From contig CP066686.1 of assembly GCA_016432365.1 (NCBI GenBank), positions 273,771 to 337,770 of the forward strand: 64,000 bases of DNA, read 5' to 3'. The translations under genes were made by a program, and so were the position numbers. This document shows, in pieces, positions 58,580 to 64,000 of this stretch (position 1 is its first letter; each line of letters starts with the position of its first letter). This stretch comes from Candidatus Woesebacteria bacterium. Its GTDB lineage: Bacteria; Patescibacteriota; Microgenomatia; UBA8517. The notes beneath the pieces are model-generated. The model had not been told where the DNA came from, searched no databases, and saw nothing but the letters and a program-made list of their open reading frames with translations.

Positions 58580-59554
58580 ATGCCACGTAAAATCGAGATC
58601 TCTCATAAAACAATAATTTTTTCAGTTTTCTTTCTGATTTTTTTGTGGTTTCTTTTTTACATTAAAGATCTGCTTTTACAGCTTTTTATCGCGCTCCTCT
58701 TTACTACAATTCTTGACCCTTTTGTTACCAGATTGGCGTCTTTCAAGATTCCAAGAGGTATCGCTATTCTTTCATCTTATGTTTTGATCTTGGGGCTTTT
58801 AGGTGGAATTATTGCACTCCTGGCCCCGCCGCTTGTAGAGCAGACAACGAATTTTGCAAATTCGCTTCCGGGCTATATTTCTCAATTGGGTATACCTCCA
58901 GTGGTTAGTTCAGAAGTAAATCGCGAGTTTTTGACGAGGGTGGGCAGTATTCCGGGACAGCTTCTTGTATTTGGGGCAAGCCTTTTGGCGAATGTAGTAT
59001 CAGTTTTGGCAGTGTTAGTTTTTACTTTTTATCTGCTTCTTTCCAGAAACAAGCTGGATGAGCAACTTGGACTTTTCTTTGGCACAGAGAAAGCAGGGAA
59101 GCTGGTTGATCTTTTGGCTAGGCTTGAAGGAAAGTTGGGAGGCTGGGCCAGGGGTGAGCTCACTTTAATGTTCCTTGTTGGTTTGCTTAATTATATTGGG
59201 TTAACAATTTTAGGAATGCCTTTTGCACTGCCGTTGGCAATTCTTGCAGGTTTATTCGAAGTTATCCCTTATTTAGGGCCACTTGTTGCGGCAATCCCCG
59301 GAGTTTTAATTGGTTTTGGGATTTCCCCTGTTACGGGTTTTGGTGTTGTGATCATGGCGATACTAGTTCAACAACTTGAAAATTATGTATTTGTTCCGAA
59401 AATAATGGGAAAGTCAGTTGGGGTTTCTCCGATTATTATTCTTTTGGCGTTTGCGATAGGAGAAAGACTGGCTGGTGTAGTGGGAATGATAATCTCCGTA
59501 CCTTTTGTAATCACGCTTCAGGTTTTGGCACAAGAGTATCTTGTGAAAGATTAG
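58580..59554 (+). CDS. AI-2E (PerM/UPF0118) family transporter
   Basis: Multi-TM, EVIPYLGP, QQLENYVFVPKIMGKSVGVSP. Confidence 0.92.
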   Translation: MPRKIEISHKTIIFSVFFLIFLWFLFYIKDLLLQLFIALLFTTILDPFVTRLASFKIPRGIAILSSYVLILGLLGGIIALLAPPLVEQTTNFANSLPGYISQLGIPPVVSSEVNREFLTRVGSIPGQLLVFGASLLANVVSVLAVLVFTFYLLLSRNKLDEQLGLFFGTEKAGKLVDLLARLEGKLGGWARGELTLMFLVGLLNYIGLTILGMPFALPLAILAGLFEVIPYLGPLVAAIPGVLIGFGISPVTGFGVVIMAILVQQLENYVFVPKIMGKSVGVSPIIILLAFAIGERLAGVVGMIISVPFVITLQVLAQEYLVKD

Positions 59555-59590
59555 ATATCCACAAAAAATCCCGCATGTGCGGGATTTTTG

Positions 59591-59781
59591 TACTCTAGAG
59601 AGTAGTAAGCCATTTTCGCTACGCTCAAATGTCTTGGCTTCTCTCTAGTGCACGATACGAAAAACCCCTCCTTATGGAGGGGTAAATCGTACTCTAGAGA
59701 GTAGTAAGCAAATCTTGCTACTCGTTATCCATAAAAAATCCCACGAAAGTGGGATTTTATATACTCTAGAGAGTAGTAAGC
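59591..59781. repeat. Three 20-bp direct repeats of the rnpB 3' end, interleaved with terminator-like hairpins
   Basis: TACTCTAGAGAGTAGTAAGC at 59591, 59690 and 59762. Confidence 0.92.
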
Positions 59782-60113
59782 CAGGTTCTGTTAGGCCCTG
59801 AACAAATTTCAGGGTTTGACGATCATCCATCTAACGCCCTCGAACTTCGGAACGTGGCTCGATTACTCGAGCCGTTGGTAAAGCTCCTGTAACGTTCCTT
59901 TCGGAGGTTGCAGCGGGGAGGATTGCCTCTTTTCACTCGTTTTTCCCTACCTTTAGGGTAAGAAAATCGACATAGTCTCTGTGGCTCTAACTGGCTACAT
60001 TCCTTGCGGAACATATCCCAGGCTTACGCCTGGCACCCTGCTTTTCTGCTGCCTGGACTTTCCTCCCCTCATAGCCTTGCGGCGACGTGGGGCGATCATC
60101 CTTTCTCTAGAGT
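59763..60113 (-). ncRNA. rnpB: RNase P RNA
   Basis: Minus strand has GAGGAAAGTCC and ACAGAACCTGGCTTA (P4 halves); ends pair as P1; TTGATT-N17-TATACT promoter at 60148-60120. Confidence 0.95.
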
Positions 60114-60178
60114 GAAACTAGTATAGCAGAATAACCCCAAAGAATCAATGGTATTATAGGCTATTCTACTATAACCAT

Positions 60179-60895
60179 CTAGGAAACTAAAGTTCCCGTT
60201 TTTTCTCCCTGAAGAATTTTGTCGAGATTTTTCAATTCTTTAATATTGAAGACTATTATTGGCATGTTATGTTTTTGGCATAATGCAAAAGCTGTCGCGT
60301 CCATCACCTTTAGATTTTTCTCTATTGCCTCTTGGTATGTTAATTTATCGTAAAATGTTGCGTTTGGATTAATTTTTGGATCTTCCGAATATACTCCGTC
60401 GACATTTGTGGCCTTTAAAATTACGTTGCAGTGCATTTCTATTGCACGTAGGGCAGCCCCACTGTCTGTGGTGAAGAATGGATTTCCGGTTCCGGCCGTG
60501 AATATCACAATTCTCCCCTTGTCGATGTGTCTCATGGCACGCCTTCTAATATATGGTTCGGCCACCGACTTGATCTCAAAGGCTGTCATCATTCTGGTTG
60601 GTGCACCGGTTCGCTCCAATGCGTCCTGAAGAGCAATACCGTTTATTATTGTTCCCAACATCCCAATATAGTCCGCGGCAGCTTCATCCACATTTGTCGA
60701 CCTTTCTCTGCCTCTGAAAATATTTCCGCCACCTACAACTATTGTCAGTTCAACACCGGTCTTTTTCCAAATGTCACATATTTGTAGAGCTATCCTTTCG
60801 AAGTTTTCAAAGCCAATCCCTTTTCCGTCTTTTTCACCAAACAATTCTCCGGAAAGTTTCAGAAGCACTCTTTTGTATTTGAGTTTTTTCTTCAA
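60179..60895 (-). CDS. pyrH: UMP kinase
   Basis: RVLLKLSGE, VGGGNIFRG, GTGNPFFTTD, LKVMDATA. Confidence 0.98.
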   Translation of the reverse strand: MKKKLKYKRVLLKLSGELFGEKDGKGIGFENFERIALQICDIWKKTGVELTIVVGGGNIFRGRERSTNVDEAAADYIGMLGTIINGIALQDALERTGAPTRMMTAFEIKSVAEPYIRRRAMRHIDKGRIVIFTAGTGNPFFTTDSGAALRAIEMHCNVILKATNVDGVYSEDPKINPNATFYDKLTYQEAIEKNLKVMDATAFALCQKHNMPIIVFNIKELKNLDKILQGEKTGTLVS

Positions 60896-60950
60896 ATGCC
60901 TAAGTGTATTGTATCACTGAGTTCTGATATATTGATACTAATACACCACA

Positions 60951-62480
60951 ATGCTTGCCAAAATTACTTCCGGCGCAACCGTAGGTCTTACCGCTACACT
61001 AGTTGATGTTGAGGTTGACGTTGCGGAACAAGGGCTTCCAAGTTTTACTATTGTTGGTCTGCCGGATAAAGCTGTTGAGGAATCCAAAGAAAGAGTAAGG
61101 AGCGCGATAAAAAATTCAGGTGCAGATTTTCCTATAAATAGAATTACGGTAAATTTGGCTCCTGCAGACTTGCCAAAAGCCGGACCTGCATATGATCTCC
61201 CAATTGCGCTTGGAATTTTAGTTGCCTCAGGCCAAATTGCCCCTGAAATTGACGATGCATTATTTTTTGGTGAACTGTCTCTTGATGGAAGCCTGCGTCA
61301 TACAAACGGAATTTTACCTATGACGTATTTGGCCAGAATTAAAGAAATGAAGCGTGTTTTTGTTCCAAAAGTAAATGAAACTGAGGCGGCGGTTGTGCCG
61401 GGAGTTGAAGTTTATGCAATTGATTCACTTTTGACATTGGTACGTTACTTTCATAAGACAGTTGAAATCGATCCAGCACCAAAAATTAGTCTTAAAAAAC
61501 TTCTGGTCGTAAGAGAGGCGGAATTTGATTTTTCCGAAGTTGTAGGACAAGAACAAGCCAAAAGAGCGATGGAAATAGCGGCTGCAGGAAATCACAATTT
61601 ATTTATGAAAGGTACACCGGGATCAGGTAAAACAATGCTGGCACGCGCCTTACCCGGGATTTTGCCAACCCTAACGGAAGACGAAGCTTTGGAAGTAACA
61701 AAAATTTATTCTATAACCGGAAATCTTCCCGAAGGTGAATCGATAATTACAAAACGTCCTTTTAGAAGTCCGCACCACACTACAAGCCGGATTGGTTTAA
61801 TCGGAGGGGGGACAAATCCCATGCCAGGAGAGATTTCTTTGGCCCACCGTGGAGTTTTATTTTTGGACGAATTTCCCGAATTTCCCAGAAACGTTTTGGA
61901 GTCGCTCCGACAACCAATGGAAGATTCAGTTGTGTCAATCTCTAGGGCCAAGGGAAGCGTAACTTATCCTGCCAATTTTCTTCTGGTTGCCGCCAGTAAT
62001 CCCTGCCCATGTGGATATTTTGGCGACACTAAGCGCGCGTGTACTTGTTTGCCGGGGAACATCTCACGCTATCAACACAGAATTTCCGGCCCGATTTTAG
62101 ATAGAATTGATATTCACATAGATGTTCCGTCGGTAGAAACACAAAAGCTAATATCGAAAAGTGAAAAAGGAAAAGCTGAGTGTTCAAAAGAGATACAAAA
62201 ACGGGTACAAAAAGCACGCGATATGCAGTTGAAACGCTTTGAAGGAACCAAATTAAAATCCAATTCAGAGATGAGTACGCGCAATGTTAAAGAATTTTGT
62301 GATTTATCGGAAGATTGTCGTGTAATTCTCACCAGTGCTGTTGCAACAATGGACCTCTCCGCCCGCAGTTATTTCAAAGTTATCAAAATTGCTAGGACTA
62401 TAGCTGACCTGGCAGGGAAAAAAGAGATCTCCTCAACCCACATAGCAGAAGCGCTTCAATACAGACCAAAAACTGAATAA
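60951..62480 (+). CDS. comM: ComM/YifB Mg-chelatase-like AAA+ ATPase
   Basis: IVGLPD..V.ES.ERV, ITVNLAPAD, GTPGSGKT, PFRSPHH, LAHRGVLFLDE, NPCPCG. Confidence 0.96.
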   Translation: MLAKITSGATVGLTATLVDVEVDVAEQGLPSFTIVGLPDKAVEESKERVRSAIKNSGADFPINRITVNLAPADLPKAGPAYDLPIALGILVASGQIAPEIDDALFFGELSLDGSLRHTNGILPMTYLARIKEMKRVFVPKVNETEAAVVPGVEVYAIDSLLTLVRYFHKTVEIDPAPKISLKKLLVVREAEFDFSEVVGQEQAKRAMEIAAAGNHNLFMKGTPGSGKTMLARALPGILPTLTEDEALEVTKIYSITGNLPEGESIITKRPFRSPHHTTSRIGLIGGGTNPMPGEISLAHRGVLFLDEFPEFPRNVLESLRQPMEDSVVSISRAKGSVTYPANFLLVAASNPCPCGYFGDTKRACTCLPGNISRYQHRISGPILDRIDIHIDVPSVETQKLISKSEKGKAECSKEIQKRVQKARDMQLKRFEGTKLKSNSEMSTRNVKEFCDLSEDCRVILTSAVATMDLSARSYFKVIKIARTIADLAGKKEISSTHIAEALQYRPKTE

Positions 62481-62524
62481 ATAATGTTGACTTTTACAAT
62501 CTCCACGAATAGACTGCAAACTAT

Positions 62525-63136
62525 ATGACTTCTGAAATAGAAATTCCTCAATGGATGTCAAGAACAAGTAGAGCGTTGACGGGCAGAGAACACAGAGCGA
62601 TCTTTTCAAGAGATCGAAAAGCAGGAGTGGAAGTGAAAAAAGAAACACTTATTAAAACATTGGATAGATGTTTGTATTATTGGAATTTTTTAAAAATTGA
62701 TAATGCTTTGGAGGGTGTTGCAAAAGCGTTTGATCTGAGGATTGCTTATAAACTTGTAAGAGGTTACAACGCAAGTATCCCTGTAGAAAAACATGATACC
62801 GCAGAAGCACTTGGCAAAAAAATATTGTCTGCTGTTAGTTTAAAAGATGAAGATGTTAGAACGATTGTTAATACGGGTATAGAAACAAGACTTGTTTCCG
62901 AGGACGATTCTCAGAGGTTCACAGAATTTAGCTTAGCCCTATATAACGATTCAATCTTTGTAGGTTCTACACAACCCGAGCCGAGTAAAAACGACACCAG
63001 TTATTTGGTTAGTGTTACCCAGGATTTAGGAAATCCAGTCAATATTAAGAGTTCGGAGGTTTTCAGATATGGACTGGATGGATATTTGGCGGACCTTGTA
63101 GCAAACTATCCGACCTTTTTTCCAAAGAAAAGTTAA
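62525..63136 (+). CDS. Hypothetical protein
   Basis: 203 aa with own promoter TTGACT-N17-TAGACT. Confidence 0.65.
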   Translation: MTSEIEIPQWMSRTSRALTGREHRAIFSRDRKAGVEVKKETLIKTLDRCLYYWNFLKIDNALEGVAKAFDLRIAYKLVRGYNASIPVEKHDTAEALGKKILSAVSLKDEDVRTIVNTGIETRLVSEDDSQRFTEFSLALYNDSIFVGSTQPEPSKNDTSYLVSVTQDLGNPVNIKSSEVFRYGLDGYLADLVANYPTFFPKKS

Positions 63137-63218
63137 CAGACTTCAATATAGTTCCCACTTTCGCAGGGACGACACCGTTATGTTTAACTAAACTGCGAAA
63201 CTCGTGTAAAATATCAAT

Positions 63219-63662
63219 ATGAAATTAGTAGTTCAAAGAGTTAAAAAAGCTAAGGTTGTTCGCGTGTCTGATAAAAAAACAGTTGGGGAGATTGGATTAG
63301 GTTTATTTGTACTTGTGGGCTTTAAAAAAGGGGATACAAACGAAGCTGTTAAACTGCTGGCCGATAAACTGTCAAAATTAAGAGTAATGAGCGACGATCA
63401 AGAGAAAATGAATAAATCGATAAACGAAGTCGGAGGCAAGATTCTGGTTGTTTCCCAATTTACGCTATATGCCGACACCAAAGGTGGAAACAGGCCGTCA
63501 TTTATCAATGCCGAAGAGCCAGAGAAGGCCAAAAAATTATATGAATACCTCATTTCAAAATTGCGCGAACTTAGTGTCGATGTAGAGACCGGGAGTTTTG
63601 GGGATTACATGCAAATAGAAGCACTGTTAGACGGACCTGTGACTATTCTGTTTTCAGAATAA
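63219..63662 (+). CDS. dtd: D-aminoacyl-tRNA deacylase
   Basis: MKLVVQRV, VSQFTL, GNRPSF, DGPVT. Confidence 0.97.
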   Translation: MKLVVQRVKKAKVVRVSDKKTVGEIGLGLFVLVGFKKGDTNEAVKLLADKLSKLRVMSDDQEKMNKSINEVGGKILVVSQFTLYADTKGGNRPSFINAEEPEKAKKLYEYLISKLRELSVDVETGSFGDYMQIEALLDGPVTILFSE

Positions 63663-63698
63663 GAATCCTGAGCGTAGTCGAATGGATGACTATTCTAT

Positions 63699-64000
63699 AT
63701 GACTAAAGCAGCGTTAATCATCGCCAAAGTTTTTAGCAATATTGTTTTGGTTTTTACATTCCTTGTTGTTATGCTAACCGTATTTTTGACCGGTTATGCT
63801 CAAGGATATGGCTATGGTTGGAATGGTGCAGTTGAAGAGTATCAAAAATTATTGTCGGACAAAGTTTCCTCGACCTCCAAGCCATCAGCAACAACCTCTC
63901 CGGTTCATCGAACTCAACCAGCTCCTATTGCCTGGGGTGGCCCCCAACTTTGGGACGCAGTTAATAAAAGCAGAGTCGAACACGGTGTTAACCCTCTAAA
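63699..64000 (+). CDS. Membrane-anchored CAP/SCP-domain protein, truncated by window edge
   Basis: Manual translation MTKAALIIAKVF...(TM)...S/T/P linker...LWDAVNKSRVEHGVNPL. Confidence 0.75.
   Translation, partial: MTKAALIIAKVFSNIVLVFTFLVVMLTVFLTGYAQGYGYGWNGAVEEYQKLLSDKVSSTSKPSATTSPVHRTQPAPIAWGGPQLWDAVNKSRVEHGVNPL

Noticed and set aside
59591..59781. Three 20-bp direct repeats as a mini CRISPR array
   Set aside because: The repeat is the rnpB 3' end, the spacers (79 and 52 nt) are unequal and made of terminator hairpins, and no cas genes are present.
59823..60014. 63-aa minus-strand ORF
   Set aside because: It lies entirely inside the RNase P RNA gene.
63151..63173. GTTCCCACTTTCGCAGGGACGAC as a further REP-like palindrome
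   Set aside because: Single, degenerate copy in this window; not enough support to annotate.
63796..63999. 67-aa ORF from the track
   Set aside because: It is an alternative frame of the longer CAP-domain CDS starting at 63699.

Overview
Chromosomal core region of a bacterium using genetic code 11. Gene content points to the Candidate Phyla Radiation (Patescibacteria), most plausibly Microgenomates; this is inferred from the missing rpmD/L30 at its usual position, the short AlaRS, the alaS-baseplate-J-like-sortase-ruvX-mltG block and many apparently leaderless genes. The window holds rnj, ftsK, alaS, rpoBC, the str/S10/spc/alpha ribosomal clusters, rplM-rpsI, tRNA-Pro(GGG), recA/recX, rny, HU, an ABC-2 transporter, miaA, rnpB, pyrH, comM and dtd, with about 12 orphan single-gene cassettes in between. 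No CRISPR array, prophage or transposase gene is visible. The most unusual signal is non-coding and has three parts. (1) About 18 degenerate heptamer arrays, plus one 8-9-mer array, sit at gene junctions as inverted pairs and also appear as in-frame inserts in L3, L4, L22, L17, MiaA and RuvX. (2) A recurrent 'host sequence X - fold-back of X/REP-like core - second copy of X' insertion signature occurs at tRNA-Pro, rnpB, dtd and an ABC permease start. (3) Palindromic inserts starting at CTTGACCC lie directly in front of real -35 boxes. Core proteins also carry notable substitutions: EF-G NKxN in G4, RpsL K42R/P90G, and RpoB Q513T/H526N.
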